Assembly (NCBI GenBank): GCA_963805975.1
Contig: CAWDVR010000001.1
Coordinates: forward strand, 224,001 to 288,000
DNA length: 64,000 nt
Direction: 5' to 3'
Source of the DNA: an uncultured Acidobacteriota bacterium
GTDB lineage: Bacteria > Acidobacteriota > Thermoanaerobaculia > Multivoradales > SZUA-115
Position 1 is the stretch's first letter. Each line of letters begins with the position of its first letter. Below the pieces are notes generated by a model. The model was not told where the DNA came from and made no database searches. It was given only the letters and a program-made list of their open reading frames with translations. Below are positions 1 to 7,836 of the stretch, piece after piece. The position numbers were made by a program, and so were the translations under genes.

Positions 1-669
1 GGCGCCGAGGGCCGCGAGGCGGGAGACGACGCCCTCGGTGCCGGCGGCGCGGACCATCAGCACCTTGATCGCTATGGGCCCGGCCGCGAGCGAGCGGAAG
101 CGCGGCTGGAGGCGGTAGGCGGGAGAGAAGGGCCCGGCCCAGCGCACGAAGCCGCCGTCCTCGGTCGCGGAGACCTCGGGGAGCCTCGCGCCCGCGAGGT
201 CGCCCCAGACGATGAAGGTGTAGGGATGCACGTACTGCAAGACGCGCAGGCCGGCACCTTCGAGGCGATCCAGCCACGACTGGCGCGCGGGGCCGATCAG
301 TTGCACGAGCTGGAGGTCGGCGCCGGCGGCGCGGGGCTCGAGGCCTGCCGGCGCGGCGGGCACGCCGGCCAGGGGATCGAAGGTCCGCTCACCGAGGCGA
401 AGCCGAAAGCTCTCGCCCTCCGGCTCGACCGGCACGCCCGCCGCCTTGACCCCCGCGAGATCGGCCGAGGTCATCTCCACCCACAGGAAGGTGCCGTAGT
501 CGAGCACTCGCCGGGCCGCGATTCCGGTCTCCCGGAAGGCCGCGGCGCTCTCGGCCGGCAGGCGAACGAAGCGGGTCCCGGGGTCGCCGCCGCTCGCGGC
601 GGCGAGAGACGGCCCCAGGGTGAGCGATATCGAAGCTGCGGCCAGGACCGGGAGGAGAAGCGAGCGCAT
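1..669 (-). CDS. N-terminal part of a secreted protein, probably an S8 (subtilisin-like) peptidase prodomain; runs off the window start
   Basis: Not in the ORF track; translated by hand from the ATG at 669 (GGAGG RBS at 675-679): MRSLLLPVLAAASISLTLGPSLAA signal peptide, then LVQLIGPARQSWLDRLEGAGLRVLQYVHPYTFIVW, which resembles prodomains of large S8 peptidases. No catalytic residues lie in the window. Confidence 0.55.
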   Translation of the reverse strand, partial: MRSLLLPVLAAASISLTLGPSLAAASGGDPGTRFVRLPAESAAAFRETGIAARRVLDYGTFLWVEMTSADLAGVKAAGVPVEPEGESFRLRLGERTFDPLAGVPAAPAGLEPRAAGADLQLVQLIGPARQSWLDRLEGAGLRVLQYVHPYTFIVWGDLAGARLPEVSATEDGGFVRWAGPFSPAYRLQPRFRSLAAGPIAIKVLMVRAAGTEGVVSRLAALGA

Positions 670-799
670 CAAGGCCTCCGAGGATTCGGGTCGTGTGGGT
701 TCGAGGTTCTAGGAAGGAGGCGGCCCGGCTCGATCGATTGCTGAGGCGACTCCTGATGATCGACTCATGGTAATGCATCGGTCCAGGATTCAGTGCTCG

Positions 800-1063
800 C
801 TATCGCACGCCATCCGCCTCGGGGTCGCGGGCATCCGGACCGGCAGATTCTGCATCGGGGTCCGGTTGCGGCGTGCCGATCTTCGTGGGCGAAAAGGAGG
901 GTGGGTCACTGGCCGGGAACGACTCGTACGAAGCCTCTTCCACCGGGTCCTCCGGGTCCACCCGCGGGCCCTTGGGTGGCTGCCTCTCGTTCAGGGTCTC
1001 CTCGTCGGCCAAAGGATCGAACCCTGCGGGTCCGGTGGGCGCGGTGCGGTCTCGATCACTCAT
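800..1063 (-). CDS. small acidic protein with a VEEASYESFPASDPP motif
   Basis: ATG at 1063 with an AGGAGG RBS. The EASxESFPASDPP motif recurs in small uncharacterised bacterial proteins. A sigma54 box lies upstream. Confidence 0.75.
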   Translation of the reverse strand: MSDRDRTAPTGPAGFDPLADEETLNERQPPKGPRVDPEDPVEEASYESFPASDPPSFSPTKIGTPQPDPDAESAGPDARDPEADGVR

Positions 1064-1119
1064 CAGCTTCGTCCTCCTGGAAATGGGCTTCGGTATCGAG
1101 CCAGCCGAGAGGTACTGAG

Positions 1120-1135
1120 CGCAAGGGGTGTGCCA
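1120..1135 (-). promoter_or_regulatory. sigma54 -24/-12 promoter
   Basis: Minus strand reads TGGCACA-CCCC-TTGCG, about 57 nt upstream of the ATG at 1063. Confidence 0.6.
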
Positions 1136-1164
1136 GGGCCCGAGCCTTTCGCGCCGGGGCGCGT

Positions 1165-2214
1165 TCAGTGCTCGCGGCTGACGACGTAGAGCGCCATCTG
1201 CAGGAGGAACCGCTTGTCTTCCGAGTCCGGCACGTCCGCGAAGGCCGCGAGGCCCTCGGCCAGGGCCGCGGCGGCGAGCTGGCGCGCCGCGCTCCGCGCG
1301 TGCTCGAGGCTGCCCGATGCCGCCATCCGTGCCAGCAGCCACCGCACCTCGTCACCGGTCCTCGCGGCGCGCGGCTTGGCGAGGAAGCTCTGCACCTTCT
1401 CGCGCTCGGCCGGGTCGAGGGTCTGGAGCAGGTGGATCAGCATCAGAGTCCGCTTGCCCTCCCAGAGGTCCCCGGCGATCTCCTTGCCGTAGCGCTCGAA
1501 GCTCCCCGAGAGGTTGAGCAGGTCGTCCTGCACCTGGAAGGCAGCGCCCAGGTACCAGCCGAAGCGGTGCAGCCGGTCGAGGTCGCCGTTCCAGCCGGCG
1601 ATCAGCGCACCGGCGCGGCACGGATAGATGCAGGTGTACCAGGAGGTCTTCTTGAGGCACATCCGGTAGTAGTCGTCGGCCGTGAGATCGCAGGCGTTGT
1701 CGCGGATCCAGGCCAGCTCGAGCGCCTGGCCCTCGAGCGTGTGGCGGAGCATCTGCTGGGTCTCGCGCACGATGGCCTGCGCGCGGCTGGGGCCCAGGAT
1801 CTCGTGGTTCTCGAGCAGGCGCGAGAGGGCCGCCAGGTTGAGCGCGTTGCCGACGTTGACCGCGATGCCCACGCCGTGCTCGGTGTGCAAGGTGGGGCCG
1901 CCGCGGCGCGACTCGCTGCCGTCCTGCACGTCGTCGTGCACCAGGAAGGCGTTGTGGAAGAGCTCGATGGCGACCGCGGTGTTGAGCGCCTGGTGGAGGC
2001 TGCCGCCCAGCGCCTTGCAGGTGGCGAGGCAGAGGGCCGCCCGCAGGCCCTTGCCGGACCTCTGCGGGTAGGATGGCAGGAGGTCGTAGAGGTAGGCCGG
2101 GCCTTCCCGGGGAAGCCCCGCAAGGAGCGCCTGGACCGCGAGGCCCCGGTAGCCGTCGAGCACCGCCTCGACCTCCCTCCGGACCTCGCGCTCCGGCACC
2201 GGCGCCGATCTCAT
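1165..2214 (-). CDS. polyprenyl synthetase (trans-isoprenyl diphosphate synthase, GGPP synthase-like)
   Basis: GKGLR, first aspartate-rich motif LVHDDVQDGSESRRG, GQALEL, KKT, second motif FQVQDDLLN. Confidence 0.92.
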   Translation of the reverse strand: MRSAPVPEREVRREVEAVLDGYRGLAVQALLAGLPREGPAYLYDLLPSYPQRSGKGLRAALCLATCKALGGSLHQALNTAVAIELFHNAFLVHDDVQDGSESRRGGPTLHTEHGVGIAVNVGNALNLAALSRLLENHEILGPSRAQAIVRETQQMLRHTLEGQALELAWIRDNACDLTADDYYRMCLKKTSWYTCIYPCRAGALIAGWNGDLDRLHRFGWYLGAAFQVQDDLLNLSGSFERYGKEIAGDLWEGKRTLMLIHLLQTLDPAEREKVQSFLAKPRAARTGDEVRWLLARMAASGSLEHARSAARQLAAAALAEGLAAFADVPDSEDKRFLLQMALYVVSREH

Positions 2215-2702
2215 GTGGGGCGGCTCGCCGCGGCCTTCGCGCGGGCCCGGGGGCGGGCCGCCGCCTTGCGCGCGCCGCTGGGGCGCCGGGGCTCGGCGGG
2301 CTGGAGCAGGCGGTTCACCAGCTCTGGCGCCAGGTTCACCAGGTTGAGAACGGTGTCGAGCACGCCGTGCGCGTCTTTGAGGAAGCGCTGGACCAGCTCG
2401 TCCGTCTCCTGGGACTTGAGCTCGTCGAAGCGGGCGCGGGTCATGTCGACGAGCTCGTGGCCGGTCGTCCGGAAGCGCGAGACCGTCTCTTCGAAGTCGG
2501 CGGGATCGAGCTTGCGCTCCTCCCGGAAGCGCTTCTCGGCCCTCTGCACGGCCGCGAGGCCGAAGGCGAGCTCGGTCTCGAGCACGGCCGCCGCTTGGCG
2601 GATCACGTCGGTTGCACCGGCTCCGAGCCGGGAGAGATCGGGTCGCCGGTCCGCCGCGGATCGGCTGGAGGCGCGGGTCTTGCGCTGGGTGCGGGTGGGC
2701 AT
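2211..2702 (-). CDS. hypothetical helical protein translationally coupled to the polyprenyl synthetase
   Basis: AAGGAG RBS; 4-nt ATGA overlap with the downstream gene; basic low-complexity termini flank an amphipathic core. Confidence 0.7.
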   Translation of the reverse strand: MPTRTQRKTRASSRSAADRRPDLSRLGAGATDVIRQAAAVLETELAFGLAAVQRAEKRFREERKLDPADFEETVSRFRTTGHELVDMTRARFDELKSQETDELVQRFLKDAHGVLDTVLNLVNLAPELVNRLLQPAEPRRPSGARKAAARPRARAKAAASRPT

Positions 2703-2824
2703 GGTGGTCTCCTTCTGAGGCCGAGCTGGTGATGGGCCGCTCCCGTGACAGGCGTGCGGCGAGGGGAGTTCGTTACGGGTTCGACTTCAATTCGAACACC
2801 ACCAGCCTGCCGGCACCGCACGCT

Positions 2825-3715
2825 TCAGGTGGGTCGCGGCTGGCCTCCGAGCTCCGCGATGGACTGGTCGATCCACTCCAGGTACTGGTCCAGGCGCACG
2901 CAGATGGTGCCGTCGCCGCACTTCGTCGCATCCGGATCGACGGCGCGCGAAATGATCCCTGCCGTGCGAAAGCCGTCGCCGGCCTTGAGCAGCACGGGGC
3001 CACCACTGTCCTTGAGGCAGGCGTCCCCATCGTCCGAGACCAGGGGGTCTCCGATCACGAACTCGAGGCCCGCGAAGCCGAGGGTTCCGTCACTGGGATT
3101 CAGCCTGATGGTCACCTCGGCGCTCCGCTTGACGCCGAAGTTGCCATTCTGATCGTGCCCGAAGCCGACGATCAGAAAACCCGGGGCCTGGTCGATCATC
3201 GGCTTGGGCGCGATGGGGAAGATCGGGACGTCCGACACCTCCTGGCCGAGCCTGATCATGCCGATGTCGTTGGCAAACGGCCCCCCTACATCGAACTGAC
3301 CATGGAGCTTGTGCTGGTTTGGCATCAGGGAATGGCGGCTTCCGCCGACGTCCTCGAAGAACATGCCACCGGTGAGGCCTTGCCTGATGCAGTGCGCAGC
3401 CGTCAGGGCAATGTCCGGGCTGATCAAGAACCCACCGCCCCCGAAGGTCGAGAGATTGTGGGTCAGCGTCAGGCCGAGGGTGCCGCCGAATCCCCGGGTC
3501 GGCAGGCCGTGGACCGTTGCGGTCCCTTCCGCGGCGCGCCTGATGATCTGGAGGAATTGCTGCTGGTCGGTGGAAGTCAACAGCTCTGGAAGGTTGACCC
3601 TGAACTTGGTGTGCGACATCGACTTGAAGTGCGATATGACGAGTGGGGCGTCCTCTCCGCCCTCCCGCAGAGCCTCGAGGGCAACGTCGGCAATCTCCTG
3701 GCGCAGATCGCTCAT
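2825..3715 (-). CDS. trypsin-like (S1) serine protease with an N-terminal pro-region and no signal peptide
   Basis: Catalytic triad motifs LTAAHC, NDIGMIRL and DACLKDSGGP; GGGAG RBS. Confidence 0.85.
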   Translation of the reverse strand: MSDLRQEIADVALEALREGGEDAPLVISHFKSMSHTKFRVNLPELLTSTDQQQFLQIIRRAAEGTATVHGLPTRGFGGTLGLTLTHNLSTFGGGGFLISPDIALTAAHCIRQGLTGGMFFEDVGGSRHSLMPNQHKLHGQFDVGGPFANDIGMIRLGQEVSDVPIFPIAPKPMIDQAPGFLIVGFGHDQNGNFGVKRSAEVTIRLNPSDGTLGFAGLEFVIGDPLVSDDGDACLKDSGGPVLLKAGDGFRTAGIISRAVDPDATKCGDGTICVRLDQYLEWIDQSIAELGGQPRPT

Positions 3716-3726
3716 CTCATGTCTCC

Positions 3727-4596
3727 CTAGAAAGTACCGGGTGGGCAGGCAGCACTGCTGCCGGTGAAGCCGCCGGTGCTGTTGAGGTAGACGGGGATCG
3801 GCAGGTCGAGACGCGAGGGCTGAGTCGTGGAGAGATCGAGCAGCTCATAGAGCCAGAGGAGGTCGTACGCCGCATCGAGAGGTGGAAAGGGCACCTCGTG
3901 ATAGTTCGATAGGCAGGTGACGACGGGCCTCAGGGCCGTGCCGTTCGCATCGCGGTCGGGGCGAAGCAGGATCGACGCTGCGGAGGCCGAGCGGATCTCG
4001 ACCGGTCGGGTGAGATCGTCGGCCCGCAGCACGAGCTGCTCGGCGATGAGGCTATGAGGGTTCCCCGAGCTCGTGCCCTTGGTATTGTGAGTGCGGAAGT
4101 CGATCTCCAGAGGTTCCAGCCCGGCGAAGCTCAGCCGCAACGTCTCGAGCGCGCCCTGTGTCACGCGCAGCCGTGTCGTGACCGCCGAGTTTGGAACCGC
4201 CGCGAAGCAGAGCGGACTGATGGGAGCTGGAACGAGAGAGGAGATCCGGGGAGCCTCGGCCAAAGCGCCGCGTTGAAACGACGCGGCGCCAGGAAGGTCG
4301 AGAGTCAGGTCCTCGCCTTCGAGGTTGCAGATGCCGACCTCCTCCCCCGAAACCCCGGGGAAGACACGTTTGGGGCTCCGCGGAACCACGCCTTGACGAA
4401 TCTGTTGGGACATCGAGTAGCTGAGGCGGGGAAAGTGTGGACGCGGCATGAGCGGCTCGAGGCCGTCCGCGAAATCGGCCTGGAAACGTGCGGGGTCGGT
4501 GGCGTTCACCAGCAGGACGGTTGCGCCCGTGTCGTCGAACGTGAACACGCACAGACCGGTGAAGACCATCTCGAAGTGATACGGCTCTAAATCCAT
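3727..4596 (-). CDS. hypothetical 289-aa protein between the CHAT and trypsin genes
   Basis: GAGAGG RBS; 19-nt gap to the CHAT stop and 11-nt gap to the trypsin start; protein-like composition (FEMVFTGLCVF...SSAACPPGTF). Confidence 0.75.
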   Translation of the reverse strand: MDLEPYHFEMVFTGLCVFTFDDTGATVLLVNATDPARFQADFADGLEPLMPRPHFPRLSYSMSQQIRQGVVPRSPKRVFPGVSGEEVGICNLEGEDLTLDLPGAASFQRGALAEAPRISSLVPAPISPLCFAAVPNSAVTTRLRVTQGALETLRLSFAGLEPLEIDFRTHNTKGTSSGNPHSLIAEQLVLRADDLTRPVEIRSASAASILLRPDRDANGTALRPVVTCLSNYHEVPFPPLDAAYDLLWLYELLDLSTTQPSRLDLPIPVYLNSTGGFTGSSAACPPGTF

Positions 4597-4615
4597 GGTT
4601 ACCTCTCTTGGTATC

Positions 4616-7600
4616 TCATTCTGCGCCGACCGTCACGAACCCTGCCCAGTACCTGGGCGAGGCGAACGGCGAGTCGGAGAAGAGCATTTCCAGTTGCGCC
4701 TGGCGCAGGGCTGCGCTCGGAGTGAGCCCGTGGCGGAGACGGTCGTGGAAGGCAGTCACCAACGTTTCCGTGGCACGGTCATCGATGTTCCATAGATTGG
4801 CAGCCACGGTGGGCACGCCGGCGGCGAGGAAGGCCCCTGCCAGCCCGGAGATGGTCTCGCGGCCGCGAGCGCCCGAGCTCAGAGACCGGCACGCCGCGAT
4901 CACGGCGAGGCGCGTCTCGGTGAAGCGAGCGGCTGCGATCTCCTGCCCCAGGAGGAGCCCTGAGTCCTCGGGCCCCGACGGCCGGAAGTAGAGCCGGGCG
5001 CGATGCGGTGCACGGGCGTCGTCCCTGCCATGCCCGGCGAAGTGGACCACTTCCGCACGCCGGCCGGCGTCGAGGAACGCGGTCCGCGTCGCCGCGTCCG
5101 CGACGAGGAGCCGGTTCAGCGGGTAGAGGGAGCTCACCGCAGCCGCTTCGCTCTCCACCCTCGGCAGCCATGGCTGATCGGGATGGTTGGCCCCCACGGC
5201 GAGGACCGAGGAGGGCGGTGTCGCGCCCATCGCACCGCGCCTGGCCCGCGCCGCAAGGTACGCCGAGGCGCTGGGGGCGATCGTGATCTGGTGGTCCTCG
5301 ACGAGGTAGCGCTCTCGTTCCGGGTCGAAGAGGGCGGCGAAGGGTACCCGGCCCAGGAATCGATCCGGGACGACGACCAGGGACTGGCCGGCCGGCAAGC
5401 GCTCGGCGATGGGCCCCAGGAGCAGGCTCCAGAGCGCGGCCGAGGCTGTCCGAACCGTCGGCTCGTCCGCCTCGACCTCGATGGCGCGGCGCAGCCGAGT
5501 CACCTGGCGCTCGAGGTCCTCCGCGGAGATCCTGGTCTCGAACCGCCGGCTCTGGCCCTGGCGCACCTGCCAGACGACCAGCCGGTCGGGCAGGGCGGCG
5601 AACTCGATCAGGTCGGTCCCCCTGTCCAGTTCGCGGGTCACCCGTTCGAGGCTGACCAGGTGCTCGACGCCGAGGCGGAGAGGGTCCGAGGCGGTCAGGA
5701 GGTCGAGGAGGACCCTGGCGCGCGACTGCTCGGCATATCCGAAGGCTCGTGCGTCCCCGCCGGGCGAGGTCAGCTCGAGCTCCAGCAAAGTATCGAAGGC
5801 CCGCTGCGCACCGTCGAACGCCGAGGCCCGCATCACTTCGTCGCGCACCTCCCGGCGGATGGCCTCCTCTTCGGCGATCGAGGATCGCAGCGCATGGATC
5901 GCCGCCTCCCGGTCACCGGCCGCGAGGCTGGCGAGCGCCCGTGCGGAGTCGAGCCGCGGGAGCTGGAAGCGGTAGCCGAGAGCGATCATCTCGGGCCGCG
6001 CCCGGGCGAGGTCTTGTTGCGCGGTCTCGGGAGCCTCGCGCAGCAGGCCCTCCGCTGCGTAGAGGTCGACGGTCGCCGTGGTGCGGCGTCGCAGCCAGGA
6101 CTCGCCGATCTCCCCTGCGCTCTGCCGGGCCCGCCGGAAGCTCTCCCGTGCGGCAGCGGTGTGATTGCTCTCGGCCAGCAGGTGGCCCTTCTGTAGCGCG
6201 GCCTCGGCGCTGCCCAGGGCAGTTTGCCACCGCACGGCGTTGGCCTCGAGCTCCTGCACCCACGGCTGCGCGGCGGCGAAACGCTTCTCGACGACCAGTT
6301 GCTCGACCGACGAATAGAGCGCGGCGTGCAGGCGCTGGTAGTCGCCGAGGGAGGCGAGGTCATCGAGGGCTCCGATGCGGACTGCCCAGGCCTCCTCCAC
6401 CTCGCCGAGCTTGCTCAGCGCTTCCGCTATCAACAGCTCGACGAAGGCCGCGGCCCGGGGCCCTTCGGAGGCCAGCAGATGCGCCCGGGCGCGCCGGAAG
6501 TGCTCCAGTGCCCGCTCGTAGCGGTTCTGGGTCTCCTCGGTGGTCCCCAGCATCCACTCGATGCGGGCCAGCAAGGCAGGCTGGCGATCCGCCAAGGTCA
6601 CGGACGCGAGCCAGGACAGCTCGCCGGTGGCGGTCCGGGGGTCGGACCGATGGAGGCAGACAGCGTGATAGAGGAGGGCCCAACCCGCCAGCGGCGAGCC
6701 GGCGCTCCTCAGGTCCTGGGCCGCCTTCCGCAAGAGCGCAGTCTTCTCCTCCTCGGGTCCGAAGGCTCGGTAGGCGACCATCCCTCGCCCGTAGAGCCGC
6801 AGGCCTTGCAGCAGGAGCCGACGGGTCTCTCGAGAGGTCTCATCGGCCCGGTCGAGGGTGTCCTGAACGGTCCCATCATGGGTGGCCGCAGCGAGGGCTC
6901 GGCCGAGAACGCGGAGCATGACCGTCTGCCGGGCGGCTTCTGCCGCCTCGCCTCGAAGCGCGGCCTCGGCCCACTCGGGCAGGAGCTCTTCCTCGATCCA
7001 CAAGCGGGCGAAGGTCGGGTAGGTCTCGACGATCCCGGTGGCGCTCGCCAGGTCGCCCTCCTCGGCGGCGTGCCGCAGGCGGGCTTTTCCCTCGCTCTCC
7101 CAGCGCTCGAAGAGCGTGGGTCGTCGCAGCTCTTGCAACTGATCCTGGGCGACGTCGGACCAGCGCGGTTCCGGCTCCACCTCCAGGTAGCGGTCCCACG
7201 CGAGCTGCGCCGAGGTGGTCAGCGACAGCCGGGTCAGGGCGAGGGCGTAGTTGAAGAGCACCTCGGGCCGATCCGGCGCGGCCTTCAGGGCCCACTGGAG
7301 ATGCTCGAGAGCCTCGAGAAGATCCACCGGCCGGGCTTGGAGGTGGGCTCGCTCGACGAGGAGGAACGCGAGGTTCGAGCGTGCGGCAGCGCTGCCGGGG
7401 CTTTCGAAGACGATCCTCTCGAGGCTCTCGATCGACCCGTCCAGAGCACGAGGCGAAGGCCGGCTCCCGAGGCGTCGCCGGTTGGGGCCAAGAGGGTCTG
7501 ACAGTGCCGCGCCGTCGAGATCCATCCAGCGTCCACTGGCAGCCTGCTCACCGACAGGCTGCACGGAGGTGCGTTGGAGCGGAGGCCGGAGCTGGAGGAA

Positions 7601-7738
7601 CAGGCAGGCACCCGTGGCGGCCAAGGTCAGCAGGACCGCCCTGGGCATCATCGAACCCAAATAGTTTCCGAGGATGGCCGGCAGGCTAGCATGGCCAGGG
7701 TGCGCTCGCACTGCGTCGGTAGGCGTTGGATGAATCAC
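4616..7738 (-). CDS. TPR-CHAT (caspase-HetF) domain protease; start uncertain (7738 or 7651)
   Basis: N-terminal hydrophobic segment, TPR-like repeats (PEVLFNYALAL), AEQSRARVLLDLL, VVVPD...PFAAL, catalytic His in HFAGHG, catalytic Cys in IAACRS, LWNIDD, C-terminal PRYWAGF. Confidence 0.9.
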   Translation of the reverse strand: MIHPTPTDAVRAHPGHASLPAILGNYLGSMMPRAVLLTLAATGACLFLQLRPPLQRTSVQPVGEQAASGRWMDLDGAALSDPLGPNRRRLGSRPSPRALDGSIESLERIVFESPGSAAARSNLAFLLVERAHLQARPVDLLEALEHLQWALKAAPDRPEVLFNYALALTRLSLTTSAQLAWDRYLEVEPEPRWSDVAQDQLQELRRPTLFERWESEGKARLRHAAEEGDLASATGIVETYPTFARLWIEEELLPEWAEAALRGEAAEAARQTVMLRVLGRALAAATHDGTVQDTLDRADETSRETRRLLLQGLRLYGRGMVAYRAFGPEEEKTALLRKAAQDLRSAGSPLAGWALLYHAVCLHRSDPRTATGELSWLASVTLADRQPALLARIEWMLGTTEETQNRYERALEHFRRARAHLLASEGPRAAAFVELLIAEALSKLGEVEEAWAVRIGALDDLASLGDYQRLHAALYSSVEQLVVEKRFAAAQPWVQELEANAVRWQTALGSAEAALQKGHLLAESNHTAAARESFRRARQSAGEIGESWLRRRTTATVDLYAAEGLLREAPETAQQDLARARPEMIALGYRFQLPRLDSARALASLAAGDREAAIHALRSSIAEEEAIRREVRDEVMRASAFDGAQRAFDTLLELELTSPGGDARAFGYAEQSRARVLLDLLTASDPLRLGVEHLVSLERVTRELDRGTDLIEFAALPDRLVVWQVRQGQSRRFETRISAEDLERQVTRLRRAIEVEADEPTVRTASAALWSLLLGPIAERLPAGQSLVVVPDRFLGRVPFAALFDPERERYLVEDHQITIAPSASAYLAARARRGAMGATPPSSVLAVGANHPDQPWLPRVESEAAAVSSLYPLNRLLVADAATRTAFLDAGRRAEVVHFAGHGRDDARAPHRARLYFRPSGPEDSGLLLGQEIAAARFTETRLAVIAACRSLSSGARGRETISGLAGAFLAAGVPTVAANLWNIDDRATETLVTAFHDRLRHGLTPSAALRQAQLEMLFSDSPFASPRYWAGFVTVGAE

Positions 7739-7836
7739 TCCCAGAGTTAGACGGACTTGACATGGACCGATGCCGCCGCTGGGTCCGGCACTCTTTTTTC
7801 CGTACGGATACAGGTTTGGCGAAAGGAGAACCTCCG

